Below, piece after piece: positions 35,590 through 48,268 of a DNA stretch of 64,000 nt. Under the pieces are notes generated by a model that saw only the letters and a program-made list of their open reading frames with translations, did no database searches and was not told the origin of the DNA. Position 1 is the stretch's first letter; every line of letters begins with the position of its first letter. Position numbers and translations under genes: made by a program. The stretch comes from Chiloscyllium plagiosum. Taxonomy: Eukaryota. The DNA lies in NCBI RefSeq assembly GCF_004010195.1, contig NC_057753.1:11344049-11408048 (forward strand), read 5' to 3'.

Positions 35590-38500
35590 ATGAGTAAGGT
35601 GGGGAATGGGTCCCAGGGAAATAGTGAGGAGAGAGATTAACCTGTACAGTTGGGAAAGGGAGCGAGTCAAACAGCCAGGGCAGGAAGGAATAAAGCAGAG
35701 AACAAGGTAGGACTGATACATTATACTGCATTTACTTCAATGCAAGAGGCCTAACAGGGAGGGCAAATGAAATCAGGGCTCATTGTTAGGAACATGGGAC
35801 TGAGATATCATAGCAACTACAGAAATGTGGCTCAGGGATGAACAGGACTGGCAACACAATGTTCCAGGATACAAATGCCATGGAAAAGTTAGAAAGGTGA
35901 GGGGGAGGGGAGTGACATTTTGATAAGGGCATCGTATTTCAGCTGTACTTAGGGAGGATATACCTGGGAATACATCCAGAAGAGTTATTTAAGTAGAACT
36001 TAGAAATAACAAAGGGATGATCACTTTATTGGGATTGTAATATAGACCCTCTAATAGTCAGCGGAAATTTGAGAAACAAATTTAGAAGCAGATTTCAGTT
36101 ATCTGTAAGAATAATAGGATGGTTATGGTAGGGGATTTTAACTTTCCAAACATAGACAGGAGTTGCCATAATGTTCAGGGTTTAGATTGAGGGGAATTTG
36201 TTCAGTGTGAACAAGAACATTTTCTGAGTCAGTATGTAGCTGTTCCTACTACAGAAGGTGCAAAACCTGACCAACTTTTGAGAAATAAGGCAGGGCAGGT
36301 GACTGAGGTGTCAGTGGGGGAGCACTTTGGGGCCAGTGACCATAATTCCACGAGATTGAAAATAGTGATGGAAAAGGATAGACCAGATCTAAAAGTTGGC
36401 GTTCTAAATTAGAGGAAGGCTAATTTTGATGGCATTAGGCAAGAACTTTCAAAAGCTGATTGGGGGCAGACGTTCGCAGGTAAACGGACGGCTGGAAAAT
36501 GGGAAGCCTTCAGAAAGGAGATAACGAGAATCCAGAGAAAGTATATTCCTGTCAGGGTGAAAGGGAAGGCTGGTAGGTGTAGGGAATGCTGGTTGACTAG
36601 AGAAATCGACGTTTTGGCTAACAAAAAGGAAGCATTTGACAGTATAGACAGGAGAAATCGAATGAATCCTTAGAAGAGTGTGAAGGTAGTAAGAGAGTAT
36701 ACTGAGAAGGGAGATCAGGAGAGTGAAAAGAGGACATGAGATAGCTTTGGCAAACAGTGTTCGAGTGAATTAGAAGAGTTTTTATAAATATGTTAAGGAC
36801 AAAAGGGATGCCTTTTAAATGTTGTAATTGTAGCAGCCTCCACCACTTCCTCTGGCAGCTCATTCCGTACACGCACCACCCTCTGTGTGAAAAAGTTACC
36901 CCTTAGGTCCGTTTTAAATCTTTCCCCTCTCATCTCAAACCTACGCCCTCTAGTTTTGGACTCCCCTACAACGGGGAAAAGATTTTGCCAATCACCCTAC
37001 CCATACCCCTTATAAACACCTATTAGGTCATCCCTCAGTCTCCGATGCTCCAGGGAAATTATCCCTGGCCTATTCAGCATCTCCCTATAGATCAAACCCT
37101 CAGCTCTGCTAATGTCCTTGTAAATCTTTTCTGAACCCTTTCAAGTTTCACAACATTCTTCTATAGGAGGGTGACCAGAATTGCACGCAATATTCCAAAA
37201 GTGGCCTAACCAATGTCCTGTGCAGCCGCAACATGACCTCCCAACTCCTGTACTCAATGCTCTGACCAATACAGGAAAGCATACCAAATGCCTTCTTCAT
37301 TATCCTGACTCCCTGCAATTCCACTTCCAAAGAGCTTTTAACCTGCAAGATCCATTTATTCGGCAACACATCCCATTAACTGTGTAAATCCTGCCCTGAT
37401 TTGCCTTACCATAATGCAACAGCTGACATTTATCTAAATGAAACTCCATCTGCCACCCCTCGGCCTATCAGCCCATCTGATCAATTCTAATTTATATTGA
37501 ACTTTCTTTCCCCTCTTATCGCTAACTGCTGATAATCTCCATCCCGCACACACTCTCTCCATTCTCACTTTGCTGAACCTAATCCATGCTGTACCTCATC
37601 CTGAAGGGGCTGGTTCATGTTAATGAACAGGCCCATACTCAGGGGGGGATCTAATTGAAACCACACAGAATACTGAATGGCCTGGACAGAGTGGATGTTA
37701 GGAGGATGTTTCCATTGGTAGGAGAGATTAGGACCTGAGGACACAGCATTAGAGTAAAGGGAAGATATTTTTGAAAAAAGATAAGGAGAAACCTTTTCAG
37801 CCGGAGAGTGGTGAACATATGGAATTCACTGCTACAGAAGGCTGTGGAGGCCAGGTCACTGAGCATATGTAAGATGGAGATAGATAGGTTCATGAGTATC
37901 AAGGAGAATCAAGGGTTACGGGGAGAAAAGGGATTGAGAAACTTATCAGCCATGATTTAATGGCGGAGCAGTCCTGATGGGCTGAAAGGCCTAATTTCTG
38001 CTCCTATGTCTTATGGTCTCTTGCTGTCCTGGACTAGGAGTGTGAGAATTGGGAGCAGGAGTAGGCCATTTAGCCTGTCAAGCCTGCACCAGCATTGAAC
38101 AGATCATAAGTGAATAGGCTGGAAATTTTTCCACTGGAGCAGAGGAGGTTGACTGGTGACCTTATAGAGGATTATAAAATCACGAGATGAGGTGACTGGC
38201 AGTTATCCTTTGCCAAGGGTGAGGGTTCAAGATTAGGGAGCAAATTTTGAAGAGAGGAGACAGATTTTAAAAAGACATGAGGGGCACCATTTCTTTCCCC
38301 CACAGAGTGTGGTTCTTGGGTGGAATGAATGTCCAGAGGAAGGGGTGGATGCAGGTACAGTTAAAACATTTAAAAGACATTTTAATAAGTACATCACTGG
38401 AGGCGGCACAGTGGCTCAGTCGTTAGCACTGCTGCCTCACAGCATCAGAGACCCGGGTTCAATTCCCGTCTGTGTGGAGTTTGCACATTCTCCCCGTGTC

Positions 38501-39470
38501 TGCGTGGGTTTCCTCTGGGTGCTCCAGTTTCCTCCCACAGTCCAAAGATGTGCAGGTTAGGTGAATTGGCCATGCTAAATTGCCCGTAGTGTTAGGTGGA
38601 TTAGTCAGGGGTAAAATGTAGAGGGGGGGGGTTCTCTTCGGAGGGGCGGTATGGACTTGTTGGGCCGAAGGGCCTGTTTCCACACTGTAGGTAATCTAAT
38701 GACAAAGTTTAAATTTAGATAAATGTGAGATGCTGAATTTTGGAAAAGCAAATCAGGGCAGAACTTATACCCTTTATGGTAAGTTCCTGGGGAGTGTGCT
38801 GAACAAAGAGACACCTGGAGTGCAGGTGCATAGCCCCTTGAAGGAAGAGTCGGAGGTAGATAGGATAGTAAAGGCAGCATTTGGTATGCTTTCCTTTATT
38901 GGTTAGAGCATTGAATAAAGGAGTTGGGAGGTGATGTTGCAGCTGTACAGGACATTGGTGAGGCCACTTTTGGAATATTTTGTGCAACTCTGGATTCCTT
39001 CCCATCAGAAGGTTGTTGTGAAACTTGAAAGGGTCCAGAAGAGATTTACCAGGATGATGCCAGGTTTGAAAGATTTGAGCTCTCAGGTGAGGCTGAACAG
39101 GCTGGGGCTGTTTTCCCTGGAGCATCGGAGGCTGAGGGGTGACCTTATTGAGGTTTATAAAATCATGAGGGGCACAGATAGGGTAAATAGACAAAGTCTT
39201 TTCCCTGGGGTGAAGTAGTCCAGAACTAGAGGGCATAGGTTTAGGGTGAGAGAGGAAAGACATAAAAGGGGCAGCTTTTTCACATGGAGAGTGATGCATG
39301 TATGGAATGACCAGCCAGAGGAAGTGGTGGAGGCTGATATAATTACAGCATTTAAAAGGCATCTGGATTGGTCTGTAAATAGGAAGGGTTTAGATGGATA
39401 TGGGCCAAGTGCTGACAAATAGGAATAGATTAGGATAACTGGTCTGTTCATGCTGTACATCTCTATGACT
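35590..39470. mobile_element. Intronic stack of CR1 fragments (35590-36805 + endonuclease region; 36810-37480 -; 37660-38020 +; 38705-39470 +) and an HE1 SINE (38402-38700 +)
   Basis: GDFNFP/SDHN-like codons, LYRTLVRPLLEY and [11 protein letters not shown] translations, HE1 A/B boxes. Confidence 0.8.
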
Positions 39471-39903
39471 CCAATAGGAAAGGCTCAGAGGGATATGGGC
39501 TAAACACAGGCAGGTGGGTATACTTTAGTTTGAGAACATAGTCAGCATGGTCAAGTCAGACTAAAGGGTTTGTTTTTGTAAAAGGTCTCCAAACCTTTTT
39601 CTTGCCTTCCCCTATAACCATCCACTTCTTTGTTGTTCAAAATTCAGATGAACTCAGCCTTGGATATATTCCATGACCCCCTAACTGCAGGAAGACATTC
39701 CCACTTCTCAACTCAATTACTCTTGCTAACAGACCACTTGCCTTGCTGATTGCTTGTTGCACCTGTCTGACAACTGGCAGTGACTGGTGTAGAAGGACAC
39801 CGAGGCCCCTTTGTACATCCACACACCATTCCTAATGAAGGGCTCGTGCCCATAACGTCAATTCTCCTGCATTTGCCTTGTGTTTTTCAACTGAGACACA
39901 GAC

Positions 39904-40012
39904 CTGGGTTCACTCTCCCAGGGTCTGTCCCCTCCCTGGGTTCACTCTCCCAGGGTCTGTCCCCTCCCTGGATTCACTCTCCCAGAGTCTGTCCCCTCCC
40001 TGGATTCACTCC
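39904..40012 (+). repeat. 32-bp minisatellite, ~3.4 copies, in ZNF-B intron 1
   Basis: CTGG(G/A)TTCACTCTCCCAG(G/A)GTCTGTCCCCTCC at 39904, 39936, 39968, partial at 40000. Confidence 0.95.
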
Positions 40013-40085
40013 CTTTCTCTTCAGTTCCTGCAAGTCAACAGCTCAACCCCGGAATGGAAAAGGGGGTGAGAAAAGAGAGTGTTGT

Positions 40086-40380
40086 ACTCACCGATGTTGG
40101 ACAGAGGACGGAAGTTGCAGTCTGGGGTGAAGCTCAATCTTCATTCAGAGAGAGAGGAGCAGGAGCAGAAGCTCATGGACCAACTTCCGCATCCAGACTG
40201 TGGGTTTAATGTGATTGGCAGGAGGACCAGTCTCCATCCGGTCCTCCCATTGGTCCAGCGAAACAAAGTCGTGGGGCGTTTCCGTGTGTTACATGAGCAT
40301 GCGCAGTGTTTTGCTGACACCGAGTTGTGGCTGCTGACACCGAGTAGCATGCGCAGTATGGAGATGCTGGTATTACTGAC
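40086..40380 (-). promoter_or_regulatory. Promoter and first exon of ZNF-B (module copy 2)
   Basis: Two NRF1-like GCATGCGCA, two CCAAT, GCGGAAGT, ATG at 40144, donor CATCG|GTGAGT at 40092/40091. Confidence 0.75.
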
Positions 40381-40389
40381 AGATTTTCT

Positions 40390-42615
40390 AAGTTAAAAAT
40401 CACACACCGCCCAGGTTATAGTCCAATAGGTTTGTTTCAATCACTGGCGTTCGAAGCGCTGCTTCTTCATCGGATGGTTGTGGAGCATAATCATAAGACG
40501 CAGACATTACAGCAACAGGATTGCAGTGTCATGGAATGTAATATTAAACAAATTTAGCTCACATCTTTTAGAATGACCACTTTAATTTCGGATCCTTCTA
40601 ATGTAAATTCCAGCACTTTTTTTAAAGTTACATGCTCAAGACAGCCGAGATGACACATATTGTTAAAAGCTCAGATAATGCATTGAAGGTGTTAAGTTAA
40701 AGTCTGTCTTGTGTCCCAATGTTAGGTCAGACTGATTCTATTTCTAAAGTGATATTACAGAATCTTACGTGTATTTATGCAGTTTTTGAGCAAAATAAAA
40801 TGTAATTCTGCAAGTGCAAATTCATCCCATAAACTCAGGGAAACTGAGTGCATGGATGTGTGGGGGGTGTGCGCGCGTGTGTGAGTGTAATGGGGTATAA
40901 GTCTGTGACAGGGTGTGTGTGTGAGAGAGAGAGCATATGAGCGCTTGTGCATGAGAGAGGGTGTGTGAGTGTGTTGTTCTGGAGGAGCATGTGTTTGTGT
41001 GAGTGCGCACTTGTGTGCATGTGTGTGAGAGAGAGAGAAAGCATAATGTAGTGGGGTCACCTGGACCGTGACATGATCCCAAGGTCCCTGTTGAGGCCAT
41101 CCCCATGGGTACCAAATTTGGATATCAGCCTTTGCTCATCCACTTTCCATTGTTGCCTGTCCTGAAGTCCGCCTTGGAGGATAGTCACCCGAAGGTCCGA
41201 GGCTGAATGTCCTGGACTGCTGAAGTGTTCCTCAACTGGGAGGGGACACTCCTGCCTGGTGATTGTTGTGCAGTGTCCATTAATCTATTGCTGTAGCCTC
41301 TGCTCGGTCTCGTCAATATACCATGCCTCAGCACATCATTTCCTGCAGCACATGAGATAAACAATGTTAGCCGATTCACATGAGTACCGAGTAATCGTGT
41401 CGACTCTCTGACATGTCTTGCAGCATCTACCATGACAAGGTTGCATCATGTTGTCCTGAAGGCCAGGCAGTTTGCTGCAAACAATGATCTGTTTAAGGTT
41501 TGGCGGTTGTTTGAAGGCAAGACGTGGAGGTATGGGGAAGGTCTTGGTGAGGTGCTCATCCTCAATGATAATATGTTGCAGGCTGCAAAGAACATGGCGT
41601 GGTTTTTCAGCTCCCGAGAAGTACTGGACACAAAGGGTTGCAGCTTATGTCTGTCTCCTGAGGAGGTCATTACGATTTCTCACTGTGACACATTGGAACT
41701 GGCAGTTGATGAGTTGAGCATTGTACCCCGTTCTTATGAGAGCATGCTTGTGTACTTCCGAGTGTCTGTTACGTTCCTCCTCACCTGTATGTGAAGGGCT
41801 TGTCCATAGGGGATGGCTGTTTTAATATGTTTCGGGTGGAAGCTAGAGAAGTGTAGCATTGTCAGGTTATCCATGGGTTTGCGATACATGGAAGTGCTGA
41901 GATGCCCATCCTAGATAGAGATGCATGTGTCCAAGAATGAGACAGATACATGGTGAGTGTGATGGTGGGATGAAACTTGTTGGTATCACTGTGTGGTTGT
42001 TTCAGTGACTCCTCGCCATGGGTCCAGAGGAAGAAATGTTGTCAATATATCTGGTGTATAGTGTTGGTTGGAGGTCCTGTGCAGAAAAGAAGTCTTGTTT
42101 GAACCTATGCATGAAAATGTTGGCATACTGGGGTGCAAATTTGGTCCCCATGGCTGTTCCAGTTCTTCGTCCAGACACATGGTTGTCAAAGGTGAAAATG
42201 TTGTGGTCAAGGATGAAGCAGATATGTTGTAGGACAGTGTTCAGAGATTGGCGGTTGTTGGTATTGAGTACTGAGGCTGTCACCGTGATGCCATCATCGT
42301 GGGGAATGCTGGTGTAAAGTGCTGAAATGTCCATTGTGACAAAGAATATTCCTGATTCAACTCGTCCGTGGTAGCTGAGTTTCTGGTAGAAATCTGTAAT
42401 GTTGTGACAGAAGCTTGGGCCCCCCTGCACAATGGGTTTCAAGATGCCTTCAACATAGCCAGAGAAGTTCTCACACAGGGTCCCATGGCCTGATACACTG
42501 AATGTCCTAGTGTGTTGGCTTTGTGTATCTCCGAAAGGCAGTAGAAGTCGCTTTCGTGAGAATACGTGGGATGAGGGCATGTAGAGAACTCTGAAGGATT
42601 GGATCGAAAGTCTTA
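40390..42615 (-). mobile_element. Degenerate Penelope-like retroelement (RT, GIY-YIG region, 3' pseudo-LTR)
   Basis: ORF 42002-42664: FVTMDISALYTSIPH, GTAMGTKFAPQYANIFM, RYID(N)I, typical PLE RT motifs. Confidence 0.9.
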
Positions 42616-43029
42616 GAACATAGAAAGGTACAGCACAGCATAGAACAGGCCCTTTGGCCCACAATATTGTACCGAGGATTAATCCTAATATAAAATAAAA
42701 TAACTTAACCTACGCAGCCCTCAATTCACTGCTGTCCATGTGCATGTCCAGCAGTCGCTTAAATGTCCCCAATGACTCTGCTTCCACCACCACAGCTGGC
42801 AACGCATTCCATGCATTCACAACTCTCTGCATAAAGAACCTACCTCTGATGCCCCCTCTATACCTCTCCACTAATATCTTAAAACTATGACCCCTCGTGC
42901 CAGTCAATCCTGCCCCAATCTCTGGCTATTGACTCTATCTATTCCACTCATTATCTTGTATATCTCAAATCAGGTCACCCCTCTTCCTCCTTCTCTTCAG
43001 AGAGAAAAGTCCGAGCTTATCAAAGAGTA

Positions 43030-43293
43030 ACCTATCCAGATCCATTCCCCGACTACTCTACTTTACCCCTGACTAATGCCCCTAACATACACATCCCTGA
43101 ACACTATGGGCAATTTAGCACGGCCAATCCACCCTAACCTGCACATCTTTGGACTGTGGGAGGAAACCGGAGCACCCGGATTAAACCCACGCAGACACAG
43201 GGAGAAGGTGCAAACTCCACACAGTCGCCCCAGGCTAGAATTGAACCCAGGTCCCTGGCATAGTGAGGCAGCAGTGCTAACCACTGAGCCACC
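43030..43293 (-). mobile_element. HE1-type SINE
   Basis: GGTGGCTCAGTGGTTAGCACTGC head and GGTTCAATTC B-box on the minus strand. Confidence 0.88.
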
Positions 43294-43305
43294 TGATAAA
43301 GTAAA

Positions 43306-43377
43306 TAGCAGAAGATGCTTTCGATCCATCGACCTCTGGGTTATAGGCCCAGCAGACCTCCGCTGCACCACTCTGCT
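43306..43377 (-). tRNA. Initiator tRNA-Met-derived copy, probable pseudogene, anticodon CAT changed to TAT
   Basis: Minus strand reads AGCAGAGTGGTGCAGCGGAGGTCTGCTGGGCCTATAACCCAGAGGTCGATGGATCGAAAGCATCTTCTGCTA: 72 nt, 7 differences from the conserved vertebrate tRNAiMet as I recall it. Confidence 0.85.
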
Positions 43378-43939
43378 CCACTAATGATCAACGTTGTTAG
43401 TTCACGGGTGTGCTCTTTGGTCGGATCAGCCAGTAGTGTTCCTGGTCAGTTATCTGTACACTTCCTTGCAATTGTCCATTCTATTCTGAATTGCTCAAAA
43501 ACTGCATAAATTCATGTAAGATTCTGTAACTCCCACTCTCGAAATAGAATCAGTCTGACATAACATTGGGACACAGACAACTATAACTTCACATCTTCAA
43601 TGCATTGTCTGAGATGATACCTATTGTTAAAATCTATTTTGAGAACGTAACTTTAAAAATGTTCTGGGATTTACAAATCAAGGAACTGAAGCTAACATGG
43701 TCATTCTCAAAGATGAAAGATGTAAGCTAACCTGCACATCCCTGGGCACTTTAGCACAGCTGATCCACTCTAATGTGCAGATCTTTGGACCGTTGGAGGA
43801 AACTAGGAACACCCAGAGGTAACCCACACAGACACAAGGGGGAGAACGTGCCAAACTATACACAGACAGTCGCCCAAGGGTGGAATCGAATCCAGGCTCA
43901 TGGCGCTGTGAAACAGCGGTGCTAACCACTGAGCCACCA

Positions 43940-45400
43940 ACTACCCAGAGCTTTGAGGTTCTGTTTTGTATTTGTAGCTTCTACCTTCTCATGCGCCCTC
44001 ACCAGAGGCCCTCTCCTCCTGACATTGTTGGACCACACCCGCTGCAACCTCCCTTTCCCACTTCTCCAGCCCTGAGCACATCAGTTCCCGAATCCTGGCG
44101 CAGACAGATACCGATGCCATCTGGCCTCTGACCGCCAAGTGCAGAGATTGAAAACAATCCCTGTCACTATTCTGTCCCTTACTTCCCCCTCCCTGACATT
44201 GTTCTTACTCCCACCACCCAGCCAGTTAGCTCCTGCCCCCTTCAGCCCTCTGTCAGACTGCCTTTATCTGCTTGACCCAGGCTCACACTCTCCTGAACCT
44301 GTCCACTGACCCAATCAGAAGGCTCTGTCCGGAGGGAAAGACCATCTCCCAGAATTAAGTGTCTGCTTCCCCCCAACGTATCTGCAGTCTGGCTTCCAGC
44401 TCCATCTCTCTGAGCCGAAGGTCCTGAAGCATGTGTTTGCCCTGGATCACAGCATCTAGAGCCTCCCACCTTCTGCAAATCGAAAGACAAATCGCACCCA
44501 CCCCTCTCCACTGTGTTTTGTGTAACTGCTTCATCATTTCTAGTGGCCGAGCAGAGGCTGATAGGCAAGTTCGGAACCCAGGAGGATGGCCTCAACCGGG
44601 ACCGTGAGCTCATGTTACACTACAGGTGATCCTGCTACACTGTACACATTCTCCCTCTCACACACACACACAGTCTTGCACACTCATACACTCACGCAGA
44701 CCCTCTCTCAGATGCATACACACATACACCCCCCACACTCTCACCCACGCACACACCCTCTCACAGGCTTATACTCCTTCACAGATGGAAATGTGTTGCT
44801 GGAAAAGCGCAGCAGGTCAGGCAGCATCTAGGGAACAGGAGAATCGACGTTTCGGGCATTAGCCCTTCTTCCTGAAGAAGGGCTAATGCCCGAAACGTCG
44901 ATTCTCCTGTTCCCTAGATGCTGCCTGACCTGCTGCGCTTTTCCAGCAACACATTTCCATCTCTGATCTCCAGCATCTGCAGACCTCACTTTCTCCTATA
45001 CTCCTTCACACTCACACTTTACCAAGCATGTACACATGCAAACACACGCTCTCTCACATGCACTCACACGAATGCACACACTCACTCACTCTCTCGCATG
45101 CACACGTACATATAAGTCTATGGGGTGAATTTGCACTTACAGATACATTCTATTGTGTGATTTTTGAGCCCAATTTGCAGGCACTCAATCCATTTAATAT
45201 TTTATAAATTCCATATTTGGAAACAAAACCAGTCTGACTCAAGACAGACTCTTACCTCACATCTTTCATGGCATTGTCTGAGCCAAGATGTCACGTCTTT
45301 TTATAAAACCTTAAGTAATCTCCAGACTGTGACTTTAAAGAGGTTCTGGGATTTATATATCAATGAACTGAAACCTGCAATCTATTCTAGAAGATGACAG
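43940..45400 (-). repeat. Paralogous copy of the ZNF-A downstream flank (~15540-17870) with no finger exon
   Basis: ORF 44242-44613 mirrors 15959-16195; 43945-44110 mirrors 17745-17865 and 16630-16680. Confidence 0.85.
44783..44996 (+). mobile_element. Palindromic hammerhead cassette (inverted PLE pseudo-LTR dimer) with 14-bp TSD
   Basis: 89-bp arms 44783-44871 and 44874-44962. TATACTCCTTCACA at 44770-44783 and 44997-45010. Confidence 0.92.
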
Positions 45401-46185
45401 GAGTTAGAGACCATGGGAAAAATGTTTTCTTCATATAGTTCTGACACGTAAAACAGTAGTAACTCCAAGTAAGAGAACTGGGATAGAATGTGCAACTGTA
45501 ATTGTTTATGCATAAAACATAGATAGGACCATTTCACCCCAATTTGTTGTGTCTCTGGAATCATTTACTCAATCTGATACAATACTAAGAGTAAGTTTCA
45601 GTTAAGATCCTTCAAATAATCATAGATATAGATTCCACAGTAGTTACAAATCTAACTATACACAAAAAAAATCACTTAAAGCATTATAGAAAAAGATTCC
45701 AACCAGTTTCAGACAATAAAAGCAGCCCCCGTCTCATTACAGAGAGGAATGAATCACTGAGACAGAAATAGGCAGACATTGGAATGTGAGATGAACACGT
45801 TATAAAACACCCAAGGATAAAGATAGAGGTGTCTGGTAAATATGGGAAGCAACAACTTGTTAGCTGAAGAATTCTGACATTAGGTGTAACCACATAACTT
45901 GGCTGGAACTTATCGAAAACTAATGTCCTTTTGGATCGCCTGTAATGAGGAATTTAAAAGGTTCCTGAAGTGATGGCCAAGTATCCAATGAATTGGCAGT
46001 TAACACGGTGCAGCTGGTAAATGTTACTTGAATACAGGATCCAGTGTGAAAAAGCCTCAAGGAGGGAGATAAGAGAGTCGGGGAAATGTCACAAAGCTCC
46101 GGGGCAGGACCACAAGCCTGTCCATCTCTTTGTCATTCCATGAAACGATTAGTTTCATTGGGAATACATTGAGGTCAGCTGAAAC

Positions 46186-46436
46186 TGTATAAGACAGTTA
46201 TGGTCCAGAGAGCCAATTACAAAGGGATAACTGGGCGGCTCTGACCAATAGCAATCAAGAGGGGTCTGGGGGTGTGTGCTCTAAGTTGAAACTGTTTAAG
46301 TTAATACACCTTTTGGCTTTCGGTGTGCCTTATTGCTCTGGAGAAATGAAGCTGTACTGAAAATGAAGCTGCAATATAGATTAGCTGAAACCGCCTCCGT
46401 GACTCAGACTCTCATCAGAAAATACAAGATCTAACA
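46186..46436 (+). mobile_element. LTR-like repeat related to the poly(A)-bearing segments of ZNF-A and ZNF-B
   Basis: Shares CCAATTA.AAAGGGA, CTGACCAATAG, TACACCTTTT, CTCAGACTCTCAT and a GATC.AACA end with 14840-15056 and 33022-33257 (-). The 5' boundary is uncertain. Confidence 0.5.
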
Positions 46437-46789
46437 TTTCCCCAGGGTAGTGGAGTCCAGAACTAGAGGTTATAATGTTCAGGTGAGATTTAACAGGGAC
46501 CCAAGGGGTGGCGCGTGTGTGGAACGAGTTGCCAGAGGAAGTGCAGGATAGAAATTCATAACAGACTGTTCTAGTCCAGGAACATCTATGCCCTCTCTCA
46601 TTCACTAAAAGCTATAAAGCTCCATCCCACACCCTCTTCCCTCCATTCTCACTCTGCTGTACCTAATATCCCTCCCCATTCTCCTGCAGGGTCTGACTGA
46701 CAGACCCACACTCACCTCCTTCCCATCCTGGATACACAGTGTATGAATTATAACCAATCATGTTTCAGTAGAGCATAATAAAAGGAGCA

Positions 46790-47930
46790 GAAATGGGCCA
46801 TTCAGCCCATTGGGTCTGCTCCATCATTCGATCATGGCTGATATGTTTCACAACCTCATGCTCCTGCCTTCTCCCTGTAACCCTTGATCCCTTCACTAAT
46901 CAACAACTGATCTATCTCTGTCTCAAATGGCTTGCCCTCCACATCCCAACCCCACCCCCACCTCGGTGAGTGTTACAGATTAACCACTGTCTGGCTGAAG
47001 AAATTCCTCCTCACCTCAGGGCCCTCCCTTCACTCTGAGGCTGCGCTCTCAGGTCCTGGGTCTCTCCTACAAGTGAAAACATCTTCTCCACATCCACTCT
47101 ATCCAGGCCCCTCAGTCTCCTGTGAGACTCAACCTCTCCCCCTCCATCCTTCTAAATGCCACCTCATCCAGACCCAGAGTCCTCAAACGCTCCTCATTTG
47201 GCAAGCTCTTCAACCCCATGGTCATTCTTGTAAACCTCCTCAGATACGGAGCCCAAAACTGCTCACAATGTTCCAAATGTGGTCTGACCAGAGCCTTATA
47301 CAGCCTATGCAGTACATCCCTGCTCTTGTATTTTAACCCTCTTAACAGTGAATGCTAACATTGCGTTTGCCTTCCTAACTGCTCACGGAACCTGCTGGTT
47401 AACATTAAGAGAAACCTGAGCTGGGTCTTCCAAGTCCCATTGTGTTTCACATTTCTGAAGTCTTTCCCATTTTGAAAATAGTCTCTGCTTCTCATCTTCC
47501 CACCAAAGTGGATAACCTCACATTTTGCCACATTGTATTCCATCTGCCCCTTCTCTGGCCATTCTCCTGGCCTGTCCATGTCCTTCTTTCAGCTTCCCTA
47601 CTTCCTCAATGCTCCCTGTCCCTCCACCTACTGTTGTGTTATCTGTGTTAGACAACAATGCCCTCAGTTCCCTTTGTCCAGATTGTTTGCACCTAACATG
47701 AAGAGTTGAAGTTCTAGCACACACCCCTTCTGGAATTCCGCTTGCCCCGTCCTGAAAAAGACCCCTTTATCCCCAACTCTCTGTCTTCTGACAGTCAGCC
47801 AATCCTCTATCCGTGCCAGTACCTTGCCCCTAACACCAAGGACTCATCCTATTGAGCAGCCTCCTGCATGGCATTTTGTCAAAGGCCTTCTGGAAATGCA
47901 AATCGGTCATGTCCATTGGCTTTCCTTTGT
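46790..47930 (-). mobile_element. Degenerate CR1/L2-type LINE 3' region
   Basis: QMEYNVAKCEVIHFG translation (47355-47579) and LINE 3' UTR motifs. Confidence 0.75.
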
Positions 47931-47943
47931 CTAACTTATTCTT

Positions 47944-48268
47944 CGAGGAGAAAGTGAGGACTGCAGATGCTGGAGATCAGAGCTGAAAATGTGTTGCTGG
48001 AAAAGCGCAGCAAGTCAGGCAGCATCCAAGGAACAGGAGAATCGACGTTTCGGGCATAAGCCCTTCTTCAGGAATGTTCATTAAAACATAATCAAGTTTA
48101 AAGATTTAATATCATGCATGTACACTATCTTTGCCCCTCATAATATCTTATCCTTCTAAAGAAGTCCTTCAAAAATTCCTGAAGAAGGGCTTATGCCCGA
48201 AACGTCGATTCTCCTGTTCCTTGGATGCTGCCTGACCTGCTGCGCTTTTCCAGCAATACATTTTCAGC
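47944..48268. mobile_element. Inverted hammerhead-cassette dimer enclosing a captured 101-bp local sequence; 14-bp TSD
   Basis: TCTAACTTATTCTT at 47930-47943 and 48269-48282. Spacer 48075-48175 is identical to 48441-48541. Confidence 0.9.
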
